Shown piece after piece: positions 1 through 11,508 of a DNA stretch of 64,000 nucleotides. This stretch comes from Octopus vulgaris (lineage: Eukaryota): assembly GCA_951406725.2 (NCBI GenBank), contig OX597828.1:15500001-15564000 (forward strand), in the 5' to 3' direction. The number at the start of each line of letters is the position of its first letter. The stretch's first letter is position 1. The notes beneath the pieces were generated by a model. It made no database searches. It was not told the DNA's origin and worked only from the letters and a program-made list of their open reading frames with translations. The position numbers and the translations under genes are program-made.

Positions 1-190
1 TGACCACCATCGCTTGACAAGCGATATTGATGTGTTTACGTCCCCGTAACTTAGTGGGTCAGCAAAAGAGACCGATAGAATGAGTACTAGGCTTAAACAG
101 AATAAGTCCTGGGGTCGATTTCTCCGACTAAAGGGCGGTGTTCCTGTATGGCCGCAGTCAAATGACTGAAACAAGTAAAAGAATAAAAGA
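1..190 (+). mobile_element. SINE group B, 3' half
   Basis: GTGTTTACGTCCCCGTAACTTAG...ATGGCCGCAGTCAAATGACTGAAACAAGTAAAAG; same body and tail as about 20 other copies in the window. Confidence 0.85.
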
Positions 191-221
191 ATATATGTAT
201 TTGTGTGTATATATATATGTC

Positions 222-286
<65 letters not shown>

Positions 287-289
287 TCA

Positions 290-525
290 CATGTGTGTGT
301 TTGTGTATCTGTGTTTGTCTCACCCATCACCACTTGATAGCCGGTGTTGGTGTGTTTACTTCCCCGTTATCTGGCTGTTCGGCTGGAGAGACCGATAGAA
401 TAAGTGCTAGGCATAAAAAAAATAATAAGTACCGGCGGTAGATTCATTCGACTCAAAATTAGAGGCAGTGCTCCAGTATGGCCACAGTCTAATGACTGTG
501 ACTGAAAGAAGTAAAAGATAAAAAA
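290..525 (+). mobile_element. SINE group B, 3' half (diverged)
   Basis: Same body and CAGTATGGCCACAGTC...GTAAAAG tail, following (TA)n. Confidence 0.8.
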
Positions 526-659
526 GCACGGAATTCTGTTCGTGAAAACCGACGAAAATATTTTGACAAATTAAAATGAAATGTTGCAGTCAAAACCCTG
601 ACCCTAAAACCACCTTAAATATACATATATATATATATACGTATATATATATATATACA

Positions 660-695
<36 letters not shown>

Positions 696-696
<1 letters not shown>

Positions 697-962
697 CACG
701 TGACCGACCAGACCATCAGATGGTCACAATGCTTTCACAATGTTTTAGCCTTCGAATGACGCCACCCCGCTGGATAAGCGAGCAGGCCAACAGAAGAAAG
801 AGTGAGAGAAAGAGTACAGCAGGGATCACCACCCCCTGCCGGAGCCTCATGGAGCTTTTAGGTGTTTTCATTCAATAAACACACACAACGCCCGGTCTGG
901 GAATCGAAACCGCGATCCTACAACCGCCAGTTCGCTGCCCCAACCACTGGGCCATTGCGCCT

Positions 963-964
<2 letters not shown>
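696..964 (-). mobile_element. tRNA-derived SINE group A with gamma tail
   Basis: Minus strand GGAGGCGCAATGGCCCAGTGG (A box)...GGTTTCGATTCCC (B box); tail shared with 23095-23397. Confidence 0.85.
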
Positions 965-1012
<48 letters not shown>

Positions 1013-1038
1013 GCACACACACACATACGCACACACAT

Positions 1039-1099
<61 letters not shown>

Positions 1100-1282
1100 T
1101 GTATGTATATTGTAAACATCCGAGATGACTCGGAATGATTCTCATTTGGAATTGGTTCTCGAAGTACACAGCATGGAGAAATTGAGCTGAAAAAACCCTT
1201 TGCATGTATGTATGTATGTATATGTATGTATATACACATACAGGCACGCACACACACACGCACGCACACACACACACACATA

Positions 1283-1473
1283 GATGAACCAACTCCACGG
1301 CAGGAGGTGCAGATGAGGGCAGCTGCATCGAACTCTCTCATGCACCAAATGGCAGTTGCTAAAAAAGCATGGTGAAGTAAAATCATATAGCAACACCAAA
1401 TGGCGGCGCCCCAGCATGGCCACAGCTCGTGAGCTGAAACTAGATAAAATGAAAAAAAAAAGAAAAAGAAAAA
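1283..1473 (+). mobile_element. 5'-truncated CR1/L2-group LINE 3' end (ORF2 C-terminus plus 3' UTR)
   Basis: 1283-1375 reads DEPTPRQEVQMRAAASNSLMHQMAVAKKAW*, resembling the PDEP...RAAxSNSL end of invertebrate CR1-like ORF2. 3' UTR has a stem-loop CAGCTC-GT-GAGCTG and an A-rich tail. Confidence 0.65.
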
Positions 1474-1512
1474 ATATATACACATACACACACTATCACC
1501 ACACCGACGTCG

Positions 1513-1513
<1 letters not shown>

Positions 1514-1589
<76 letters not shown>

Positions 1590-1590
1590 A

Positions 1591-1640
<50 letters not shown>
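1514..1640. repeat. (TCTA)n microsatellite, continued at 1981-2070
   Basis: Direct read; interrupted by the LINE fragment below. Confidence 0.95.
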
Positions 1641-1641
<1 letters not shown>

Positions 1642-1980
1642 TTGCTTATTTGCAAAAAAAAAAAAAAATAAAATAAAATGTGACTTCATTGACCGAGGTT
1701 ACCGTGGTCTTTTCCGTAGGCTTTTCTTTCCACGGGTAAACCTCACCTGTCCTCCCCTTTACACTTCATATTGACATTTCTGTGATAACGATCCCTATTG
1801 ATCAATTTTTTTCCTCTCCCCCTTTTTTTAACTCCCCCTTTTTTGTCCTCTTTCTCTCCTTTTACGATCCCTTTTGATCGAAACTCCCCCTTTCCATTTT
1901 TTTTTTAAACCTTCAAAAGAAAAGCTCTACCTTGTAATTTGTTCTATCTGTGTGCAGCCCTGTGTGCTAATAAAGAAACA
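1642..1980 (+). mobile_element. L1/Tx1-like LINE 3' UTR fragment inserted in (TATC)n
   Basis: Near-identical to 35380-35816 apart from homopolymer lengths; ends GCTAATAAAGAAAC; (TCTA)n on both sides. Confidence 0.8.
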
Positions 1981-2070
<90 letters not shown>

Positions 2071-2286
2071 CCTTTGTGTTTGTGCATTTATGTACACACA
2101 CATGTATGTACATATTCTTTTGTTCTGTTACTTCTTTCAACTCTGCTGTTCTTTATGCTGAATGTCCATGTTCCTTAACATATATGGTTTATATAATGCA
2201 TACATACATGCATACATACATATGTACATTCATACATGCATACGTACATACATACAAACCCCCTCCTCACACGTATAAATATGTTC

Positions 2287-2328
<42 letters not shown>

Positions 2329-2336
2329 ATATACAC

Positions 2337-2733
2337 TCTTTTAATCTTTTAGTCTTTTACTTGTTTCAGTCATTTGACTGCGGCCATGCTGGAGCACCGC
2401 CTTTAGTCGAGCAAATCGACCCCAGGACTTACTCTTTGTAAGCCTAGTACTTATTCTATCGGTCTCTCTTGCCGAACTGCTAAGTTATGGGGACGTAAAC
2501 ACACAAGCATCGGTTGTCAAGCGATGGCGGGGTAACAAACACGGACACACAAACACACACACACACATATACGACAGGCTTCTTTCAGTTTCCATCTACC
2601 AAATCCACTCACAAGGCTTTGGTCGGCCCGAGGCTATATTAGAAGACACTCGCCCAAGGTGCCACGCAGTGGAACTGAACCCGGAACCATGTGGTTGGTA
2701 AGCAAGCTACTTACCACACAGCCACTCCTGCGC
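2337..2733 (-). mobile_element. SINE group B, full length
   Basis: Minus strand GCGCAGGAGTGGCTGTGTGGTAAG head, GGTTCAGTTCC B-box, CCTTGGGCGAGT (CORE-like), internal (TG)n, GTAAAAG tail. Confidence 0.9.
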
Positions 2734-2841
2734 ATATGTTAGACTTCTGCCGTATTTGGATAAAGTAATCCCAATTAGTATCACTATCTCTGAATAAATG
2801 ACAAGAAGGTCACGGATGGGATCAGTCTTTGTTTGATTATA

Positions 2842-3235
2842 GGTAGAATCGTTAGCACGCCGGTCGACATACTCAGTGATATTTCGTCTGTCGCTACGTT
2901 CTGGGTTCAAATTTCGCCGAGGTCGTCGACTTTGCCTTTCATCCTTTCGGGATCGATTAAATAAGTACCAGTTACGCACTGGGGTCGAGATAATCGACTT
3001 AATCTGTTTGTCTGTCCTTGTTTGTCCTCTCTGAGTTTAACCCCTTGTGGGTAGTAAACAAATAGGTATTTCATCTGCCGTTACGTTCTGAGTTCAAATT
3101 CTGCCGAGATCGACTTTGCCTTTCATCCTTTCGAGATCGATAAATTAAGTACCAGTTGAGTACTGGGGTTGATGTAATCGACTAATCCCCCATCCCCCAA
3201 ATTTCAGGCCCTGTGCCTATAGTAGAAAGGATTAT
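2842..3235 (+). mobile_element. SINE group C, two-unit array
   Basis: GAGTTCAAATT B-box and GCCTTTCATCCTTTCGGG.TCGAT domain; junction AAATA|GGTATTTC at 3064/3065; second unit ends in an alternative tail (GCCTATAGTAGAAAGGATTAT). Confidence 0.85.
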
Positions 3236-3523
3236 AGGCCAACTAAAAAAAGGGGGTGACATAGGGCTATACAACGACAGCAACAACAGCAAGAAGAAGA
3301 AGAAGAAGAACAAGAACAACAACAACTGCAACAAGAAGAAGAAGAACAACAATCGTAATAACAAGATTTTATTGAAGATCGGGTTCTCGTGGAAAATGTG
3401 CAAACGAAAGCTACAGTATTGATTAGGTATGAAAGGATTTGCTTGCTGTGAGAGAAAGACGGCTGAGTTCTTGAAACACACACACACATACACACACAGA
3501 GTGTGTTTGTGTGTGTCTGTGTA

Positions 3524-3590
<67 letters not shown>

Positions 3591-3674
3591 AAGGGTGAGA
3601 AGAAGGGGAGAGAGAGAAAGAGAAAGAGAGGGTGAGAAGGAGGAGAGAAAAAGAGAAAGAGAGAGCGAGAAGGA

Positions 3675-3710
<36 letters not shown>

Positions 3711-4084
3711 GGCGAGAAGGAGAAGGGGTGAGATAGAAAGAGAAAGAGAGGGCGAGAAGGAAGAGGAGAGAGAGAGAGAGGAAGAGGAGAGAGAGAGATA
3801 GGAAGAGAGGGCGAAAAGGAGGAGAGAGAGAAAGAGAAAGAGAGGGCGAGAAGGAGGAGGAGAGAGAGAGAGAGAAAGAGAAAGAGTGGGCAAGAAGGAG
3901 GAGAGAGAGAGAAAGAGAGGGCGAGAAGGAGAAGGAGAGAGAGAGAGAGAAAGAGAGGGTGAGAAGGAGGAGAGAGGGAAAGAAAGGGCGAGAAGGAGGA
4001 GGAGAGAGAGAAAGAGAAAGAGAGGGCGAGAAGGAGGAGGAGAGAGAGAGAGAGAGAAAGAAAGGAGGAGGAGTGAGAGAGAGA
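3524..4084. repeat. Compound GA-rich minisatellite
   Basis: (GA)n interleaved with a recurring GAGGGCGAGAAGGAGG unit. Confidence 0.9.
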
Positions 4085-4597
4085 TGATATGTGTCCACAG
4101 AGGTATTACATGTGCCAATAAAAGGCATTATATGCCCAAAGAGGCGAAGCTAGCCTTAGTAAAAAAAGACAGAATCTTATAATTACATCAAGCAATCAAC
4201 TAAAAGCCGGCTATTCATATGAATTATTGGAGAATCGATGAAAAAAAGAAAAAAAAGAAAAAGAAAAGCATTCAAGGAGAGAAAGCAGTAAAAAGAAACG
4301 AAAATAACAGCAAAAAAACCAAAACAAAACCAAAACAAACCTTTCCTGAGAGCTAGAGGATCCGTACAGAAAGGAGGAATCGATTGGTGAAAGGAGGTTT
4401 GAGGTTTGGCCGAGCCAAGTCGAACGAAGACAAACCAATCAATTGAAGAATGGGGGCTTTTGACGTGAGGAATATTGATTTCTAACTTTGGTACAAAACT
4501 CTCAAAAAATTTGGCGAAGGGTTGAGGAAGAAGCGCTTGCCGTCGTTCCAATCAATCCCGATGCATGCCTGGCACCGTCAGTTATCTTCGGTAGTTT

Positions 4598-4807
4598 GTC
4601 TTTTATACTTGTTTCCGTCTTTGGACTGCGGCCATGCTGGGGCCTCCACCACGAAGGCTTTTAGTCGGACAAATCGACTCCAGTACTTTCGTTTCTTTAT
4701 CATTTTTTTCAAAGGCTGCAGCTTATTCTATCGGACTCTTTTGTCGAACTGCTAAGTTACTTTGATGTAAACAAGCCAACACCGATTGTCAGACTGTGTT
4801 AGGGGTT

Positions 4808-4810
<3 letters not shown>
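4598..4810 (-). mobile_element. SINE group B, 3' half (diverged)
   Basis: GACTGCGGCCATGCTGG...CCGATTGTCAG; the tandem duplication starts inside this copy. Confidence 0.75.
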
Positions 4811-4904
<94 letters not shown>

Positions 4905-4905
<1 letters not shown>

Positions 4906-5142
4906 CGGAGATGTACTCGCATAGCAAGTGATTTGATCTGAGATCGTGTGCTGGAACGAAAACAATTGCAGCGTGGAAGGTATTTGTAAGCCATTTAAGA
5001 AACACACAAAAGCCGTTTGTCAGTGAACGGGTCGCGGATTTTAGCGACGAAAATATTTTGACAAATTAAACTTAAATGTTGAAGTGAATCGAACGGCTTT
5101 TGTGTGTTTCTTAAATGGCTTACAAACACCTTCCACGCTGCA
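4905..5142. mobile_element. Penelope-like pseudo-LTR foldback fragment next to (TA)n (duplicate at about 9315-9553)
   Basis: 51-bp inverted arms 4967-5017 and 5092-5142 enclosing a hammerhead-like fold. Confidence 0.6.
5016..5065 (+). ncRNA. Hammerhead-ribozyme-like motif, G3-C8 core, A9G mutated
   Basis: TTTGTCA GTGAACG G GTCGC-GGATTTTA-GCGAC GAA AATATT T TGACAAA. Confidence 0.55.
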
Positions 5143-5282
5143 TAGTGTTTTACTCATTATCTTTTATTTAACTTTTAATAATTTTGATATATATTTAAAA
5201 TAATATAAATTAATTAATTTTATGTATTGGCTTAATTTTTTCAGTGTTTGGTTTACCTAATAGTGGTTTTATCTCTAATTTA

Positions 5283-5347
<65 letters not shown>

Positions 5348-5717
5348 GTATGTATATAATTAATAATATCAGGGTAATAAAGATTTTAGAAATTTTTACT
5401 ACCAGTGGTCTAGCGTATAGAAAAATTAGTCAATAGACTATATATTATTCGTATAAAATGCAGTGTTCATTTAAACACATTAAGAGGTTCCCATCATAGG
5501 ACTCCCTTACGCTAGGAGGAACAGCTAAAGTCCAAACCACTAATTGGGGATAAATTCTCGAAGGGAATGAAAAATAAAAACGTTTACCATCTATTTCCTG
5601 GACCATGGTTTCTGACTTATTTTAGCAAATATTTTATTTTATTTTATTTTGTGTACATATATATATATATGTACACACAGACACGCGCGCGCGCGTATTG
5701 AAAAGGTAAAGGTAATG

Positions 5718-6056
5718 TAAAGACCCTCTTCGCTCATGAATGACCATGAGATTGTACCTAGAAAGTTCCCCTCCGAGGCACAAGTCCGGGCAAGGTTGAT
5801 TGTAAAAGACCAACAGTCACCCATGCATACCAGCCTGCCCTCTACACGCCACCGATGTTACCCAAAGGAAAGGCAAGGGCCGATACAGCTTGGCACCAGT
5901 GATGTCGCAACTCATTTCTACAGCTGAGTGAACTGGAGCAACGTGAAAATAAAGTGTCTTGCTCAAGAACACAACACACAGCCCGGTCCTGGAATCGAAC
6001 TCACTACCTCATGATTGTGAGCACGATGCTCTAACCACCGAGCCATCCGCCTTCAC
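5718..6056 (-). mobile_element. tRNA-derived SINE, head D plus delta tail (duplicate 10571-10908)
   Basis: Minus strand GTGAAGGCGGATGGCTCGGTGG...GAGTTCGATTCC, then TCTTGAGCAAGACACTT domain. Confidence 0.85.
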
Positions 6057-6266
6057 GTGCTGAAAAGAAATATGCCAATTTACCATACGTACAGACATGT
6101 AACCTATGTAGTTGACGCACAAACAGGTCAAATTTGCTTATTTCTCTGTAGATTGAAAACAAAACGATGAACAGACTTGATTGAATTTTGACTCTTCTTG
6201 GGGTCTCATTAGAGGTGTCTACGTCACTTGTCCAATCGCAGAGAAACAGGCGCCCAGTCTATTTAT

Positions 6267-6641
6267 GGATGGATGGAAGCACTCCGTCGGTTACGACGAT
6301 GAGGGTTCCGGTTGATCCGAATCAACGGAACAGCCTGCTCGTGAAATTAACGTGTAAGTGGCTGAGCACTCCACAGACACGTGTACCCTTAACGTAGTTC
6401 TCGGGGATATTAGCGTGACACAGAGAGTGACAAGGCCGGCCCTTTGAAATACAGGTACAACAGAAACAGGAAGTAAGAGTGAGAGAAAGTTGTGGTGAAA
6501 GAGTACAGCAGGGATCACCACCATCCCCTGCCGGAGCCTCGTGGAGCTTTAGGTGTTTTCGCTCAATAAACACTCACAACGCCCGGTCTGGGAATCGAAA
6601 CCGCGAGTCCGCTGCCCTAACCACTGGGCCATTGCGCCTCC
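6267..6641 (-). mobile_element. SINE group A with beta tail
   Basis: A/B boxes; (TCCA)n tail; TSD AGTCTATTTAT at 6256-6266 and 6642-6652. Confidence 0.9.
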
Positions 6642-7047
6642 AGTCTATTTATATACATCTAGTCGCTGCAGAGATTGGAGCCGCTAACTTGTATACGAAA
6701 AGTATTTACGGTTGATATTTGATATTAGCGGCCTGTCAACGGGGATCTAAGACTAGACAGTACCAAGGCATGATGCAATATATTGTAAGCTATGTAGCAG
6801 GCATACAAACAGGGCAGTCTTGACAATTTCTCTGTTGATGGAAAAAAAAAAATGATGAGCAGCCTTACTCGATTTTCGTACCTTACTGAGTTCTCAGAGT
6901 TGTGTACATCACTTGAGAAACAAGTAGCTAATCTGTTTATATGAAACATCGTATATAGGTTCAGTACACGATCGTTTTTCAGAAAACGATGGCGTTATCA
7001 TGTTGCGTCATTCAAAAGTTCAGCGTATCTCTGGACAATCTCTATCT

Positions 7048-7459
7048 CTCTTTTACTCATTTACTTGTTTCAGTCATTTGACTGCGGCCATGCTGGAGCA
7101 CCGCCTTTAGTCGAGCAACTCGACCCCGGGACTTATTCTTTGTGAGCCCAGTACTTATTCTATCGGTCTCTTTTTGCCGAACCGCTAAGTGACGGGGATG
7201 TAAACACACCAGCATCGGTTGTCAAGCAATGCTAGGGGGACAAACATAGACACACAAACACACACATGCATATATATATATATACATACATATATACGAC
7301 GGACTTCTTTCAGTTTCCGTCTACCAAATCCACTAACAAGGCTTTGGTCGGCCCGAGGTTATAGTAGAAGACACTTGCCCAAGGTGCCACGCAGTGGGAC
7401 TGAACTCGGAACCATGTGGTTGGTAAACAAGCTACTTACCACACAGCCACTCCTGCGCC
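7048..7459 (-). mobile_element. SINE group B, full length (duplicate about 11915-12312)
   Basis: Head, CCTTGGGCAAGT, internal microsatellite, tail. Confidence 0.9.
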
Positions 7460-7775
7460 TATAGTATATAATCTAATATGGAATCTGACGGAAAAAAAAG
7501 AAAATACAATGCAGCATCTTATGGTCCGTGATAAAAGCTGTATATATATATATGATGCAAACTTCAGATTATGCAATCTTTGCTTGGAATAGAGTCTGTG
7601 TATATTACTATATAAGGAAGAAATAATCAGCAAACGTTCAGAAATTATGAAATCTAACCACAGATTTGGAAAACTTTCAGGGAATATAGGAAAACAAAAT
7701 TTAATGGAGTATGCTTAATTGTTATGGAAAACTTCAATACGGTATATGAAAAATAACTATCTGAAAAATAAAATA

Positions 7776-7832
7776 TGGTTAAGATTCCTGGCTTTCACTC
7801 GGGCGGCCGGGGTTCGGTTCCCGGCATGGGAA
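7776..7832 (+). pseudogene. 5'-truncated tRNA-Glu(TTC) pseudogene
   Basis: TGGTTAAGATTCCTGGCT-TTC-ACTCGGGCGGCCGGGGTTCGGTTCCCGGCATGGGAA matches the 3' three-quarters of metazoan tRNA-Glu; the 5' acceptor strand is missing. Confidence 0.75.
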
Positions 7833-7998
7833 CGCATGGTTTTCAAAGTGGTGCTCCAGCATGGCTACAAACAAATGACTGAAACAAGTAAAAGAATAAA
7901 AGAATATAAATAGATAATATTTTGAAAAACTAGTCCTCAGAATGTACGAACTTTGTATATGTATATTTGTGTAGAAATATACATACATAGATGCGCGC

Positions 7999-8036
<38 letters not shown>

Positions 8037-8451
8037 GCGTGCATGCCCTTCGCTCTAGTATTTTTGTAAGGGTATGACTATATGAGTGAACGGGTAAATG
8101 TGTGACTGTCTCTATAAATATGTTGTTTTCATTATTTATTCTTTATAAATATTATATACATATAGATATATATAATGGCACGAGAATTGGTTCCTGATTC
8201 CTTGAGCGTTCAACACCATTTTAATTATCCGCTTGATTTATTAAGTCGTTGCCTCAAAAAAACAAGCCAAAAAAAAAAAAGGAAAGGAAAAACAAAAAAA
8301 CAGCACATCTTTGCAAAAAAATAACCTAGTTTTATCTGGCCAGAAAAAAATGTCTTTGTCTCTGTGTTCGTGGGAGTGAGAGAGTATGGTAAATATTTTT
8401 GACAATTAGCCATAGATAACACAGCAATATCAAACTACAAGCAGGAACTGT

Positions 8452-8877
8452 GGATCTTTTCGGTTTGAACGGCAGTTTTTAACATAATTTGTAGGTAACT
8501 AAAAAATTTTAAACTTCGTATACTGATAGAAGGTGTTTATAAAATATCTTTTTCTCTTGGCTTTATTGAGAAAATTCTATAGTGTGTAAGATATTTGTTG
8601 TTTTTTTTCTTCAATTTCTGCAATTTTAACCAATCAATGACGTCTATTGAGGTGAAAACATTCTGTGCCGTATGAATATGTCACTCGTTTAAGAAACAGA
8701 TTGGGTTTATTTACATTTCTGAAGAAAAAAAGATACCTTTTCCCCCACCCCTAACCCTAACTAACCCTAACCCTAAAACAAATTGAAATGCAATAGATCG
8801 ATACTAGGGTCATAATGATGGGTGACAATTTCATATGACACCGCTAGAAAAAACTGCCGTTCAAACCGAGAAGATCC
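8452..8877. mobile_element. MITE with GGATCTTTTCGGTTTGAACGGCAGTTTTT TIRs and internal (CCCTAA)n
   Basis: About 29-bp TIRs; six copies in window; no TSD visible at this copy. Confidence 0.9.
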
Positions 8878-9269
8878 CCTTTGGGATCCTCCCGTCCGGA
8901 AGACATTAACTATTAACAGACATTCTGGAGATACATATTACCTTATATATGTTATGTGTTCATTTATTTTTTCATCTATGAATTTCATTCTTTTTTTTCT
9001 CTTCGATTCATGCTATTTCTTGACTGGTTAATTTCGATTTGTGTTTTTTTATGCATTTGTTTTTTGTTTTAACTATGAGATGTTAACGAAATGATAAGAA
9101 CATCTTCAACAAATAGTATACATTCTTTGAAATACTGGGGCCCCAACAATCTGAGCTGCAGCTTATTCTATCGGACTCTTTTGTCGAACTGCTAAGTTAC
9201 TTTGATGTAAACAAGCCAACACCGATTGTCAGGCTGTGTTAGGGGTTACACACACACAGAGACACACAC

Positions 9270-9316
<47 letters not shown>

Positions 9317-9426
9317 CGGAGATGTACTCGCATAGCAAGTGATTTGATCTGAGATCGTGTGCTGGAACGAAAACAATTGCAGCGTGGAAGGTGTTTGTAA
9401 GCCATTTAAGAAACACACAAAAGCCG

Positions 9427-9476
9427 TTTGTCAGTGAACAGGTCGCGGATTTTAGCGACGAAAATATTTTGACAAA
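9427..9476 (+). ncRNA. Minimal hammerhead-ribozyme-like motif, intact G3-C8 variant
   Basis: Stem I TTTGTCA/TGACAAA (7 bp), core GTGAACA, stem II GTCGC/GCGAC, GAA, palindromic stem III AATATT, N17=U. Confidence 0.7.
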
Positions 9477-9689
9477 TTAAACTTAAATGTTGAAGTGAAT
9501 CGAACGGCTTTTGTGTGTTTCTTAAATGGCTTACAAACACCTTCCACGCTGCATAGTGTTTTACTCATTATCTTTTATTAAACTTTTAATACTTTTGATA
9601 TATATTTAAAATAATATAAATTAATTAATTTTATGTATTGGCTTAAGTTTTTCATTGTTTGGTTTACCTAATAGTGGTTTTATCTCTAA

Positions 9690-9760
<71 letters not shown>

Positions 9761-9762
<2 letters not shown>

Positions 9763-9954
9763 GGAGTAAACACATAAATGTGAAACAAGGTGGAAAAAAG
9801 AGTACTCAAATACCAGTGGTAGAGTAATATGCTTTATTTTAAGCAGCAGAAAATTCAACAAAATCTGTTACTCTGAGTTTCTCGTTGCCGTTCATCAGAC
9901 AACGAGAAACTCAGAGTAACAGATTTTGTTGAATTTTCTGCTGCTTAAAATAAA

Positions 9955-9955
<1 letters not shown>
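9761..9955. mobile_element. Penelope-like foldback insert in (TA)n, present only in duplication copy 2
   Basis: Perfect 56-bp arms 9832-9887 and 9900-9955 with a 12-nt loop; the matching site in copy 1 (about 5283-5335) is plain (TA)n. Confidence 0.75.
9866..9901 (-). ncRNA. Minimal hammerhead-ribozyme-like motif
   Basis: TGT CTGATGA ACG-GCAA-CGA GAAAC TCAGAG TA ACA. Confidence 0.65.
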
Positions 9956-10006
<51 letters not shown>

Positions 10007-10118
10007 ATAATTAATAATATCAGGGTAATAAAGATTTTAGAAATTTTTACTACTAGTGGTCTAGCGTATAGAAAAATTAGTCAATAGACTATATATTATT
10101 CGTATATAATACAGTGTT

Positions 10119-10453
10119 CATTTAAACACATTAAGAGGTTCTCATCATAGGACTCCCTTACGCTAGGAGGAACAGCTAAAGTCCAAACCACTAATTAGGG
10201 ATAAATTCTCGAAGGGAATGAAAAATAAAAACATTTACCATCTATTTCTTGGTTTCTGACTTATTTTAGCAAATATTTTATTTTATTTTATTTGCTAAAA
10301 TAAGTCAGAAACCATGGTCCAGGAAATAGATGGTAAACGTTTTTATTTTTCATTCCCTTCGAGAATTTAACCCCAATTAGTGGTTTGGACTTTAGCTGTT
10401 CCTACTAGCGTAAGGAATATCCTATGATGGAAACCTCTTAATGTGTTTAAATG
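10119..10453. repeat. Imperfect inverted repeat (about 160-bp arms) carrying a hammerhead 3' half
   Basis: Arms about 10119-10274 and 10290-10453; GAAAC-CATG-GTC at 10308-10319. Confidence 0.8.
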
Positions 10454-10530
<77 letters not shown>

Positions 10531-11118
10531 CAGATACGCGCGCGCGCGTATTGAAAAGGTAAAGGTAATGTAAAGACCCTCTTCGCTCATGAATGACCAT
10601 GAGATTGTACCTAGAAAGTTCCCCTCCGAGGCACAAGTCCGGGCAAGGTTGATTGTAAAAGACCAACAGTCACCCATGCATACCAGCCTGCCCTCTACAC
10701 GCCACCGATGTTACCCAAAGGAAAGGCAAGGGCCGATACAGCTTGGCACCAGTGATGTCGCAACTCATTTCTACAGCTGAGTGAACTGGAGCAACGTGAA
10801 AATAAAGTGTCTTGCTCAAGAACACAACACACAGCCCGGTCCTGGAATCGAACTCACTACCTCATGATTGTGAGCACGATGCTCTAACCACCGAGCCATC
10901 CGCCTTCACGTGCTGAAAAGAAATATGCCAATTTACCATACGTACAGACATGTAACCTATGTAGTTGATACACAAACAGGTCAAATTTACTTATTTCTCT
11001 GTAGATTGAAGACAAAACGATGACAGACTTGATTGAATTTTGACTCTTCTTGGGGTCTCATTAGAGGTGTCTACGTCACTTGTCCAATCGCAGAGAAACA
11101 GGCGCCCAGTCTATTTAT

Positions 11119-11508
11119 GGATGGATGGAAGCACTCCGTCGGTTACGACGATGAGGGTTCCGGTTGATCCGAATCAACGGAACAGCCTGCTCGTGAAATT
11201 AACGTGTAAGTGGCTGAGCACTCCACAGACACGTGTACCCTTAACGTAGTTCTCGGGGATATTCAGCGTGGCACAGAGAGTGACAAGGCCGGCCCTTTGA
11301 AATACAGGTACAACAGAAACAGGAAGTAAGAGTGAGAGAAAGTTGTGGTGAAAGAGTACAGCAGGGATCACCACCATCCCCTGCCGGAGCCTCGTGGAGC
11401 TTTAGGTGTTTTCGCTCAGTAAACACTGACAACGCCCGGTCTGGGAATCGAAACCGCGATCCTATGACCGCGAGTCCGCTGCCCTAACCACTGGGCCATT
11501 GCGCCTCC
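11119..11508 (-). mobile_element. SINE group A with beta tail (duplicate of 6267-6641)
   Basis: Same TSD; retains 14 bp that are deleted in copy 1. Confidence 0.9.

Larger units (their letters stand above)
4715..9154. repeat. Tandem segmental duplication, copy 1
   Basis: Collinear with 9155-14039 throughout; junction GCT at 9155-9157 matches GCT at 4715-4717 and 14037-14039. Confidence 0.95.

Noticed and set aside
6060-7040. Higher-complexity sequence in the duplication as a coding remnant
   Set aside because: No long open frame, recognisable motif or clear splice pair found by eye
8748-8776. (CCCTAA)n as a telomere or chromosome-fusion scar
   Set aside because: Only 3-5 units, always at the same position inside a TIR element
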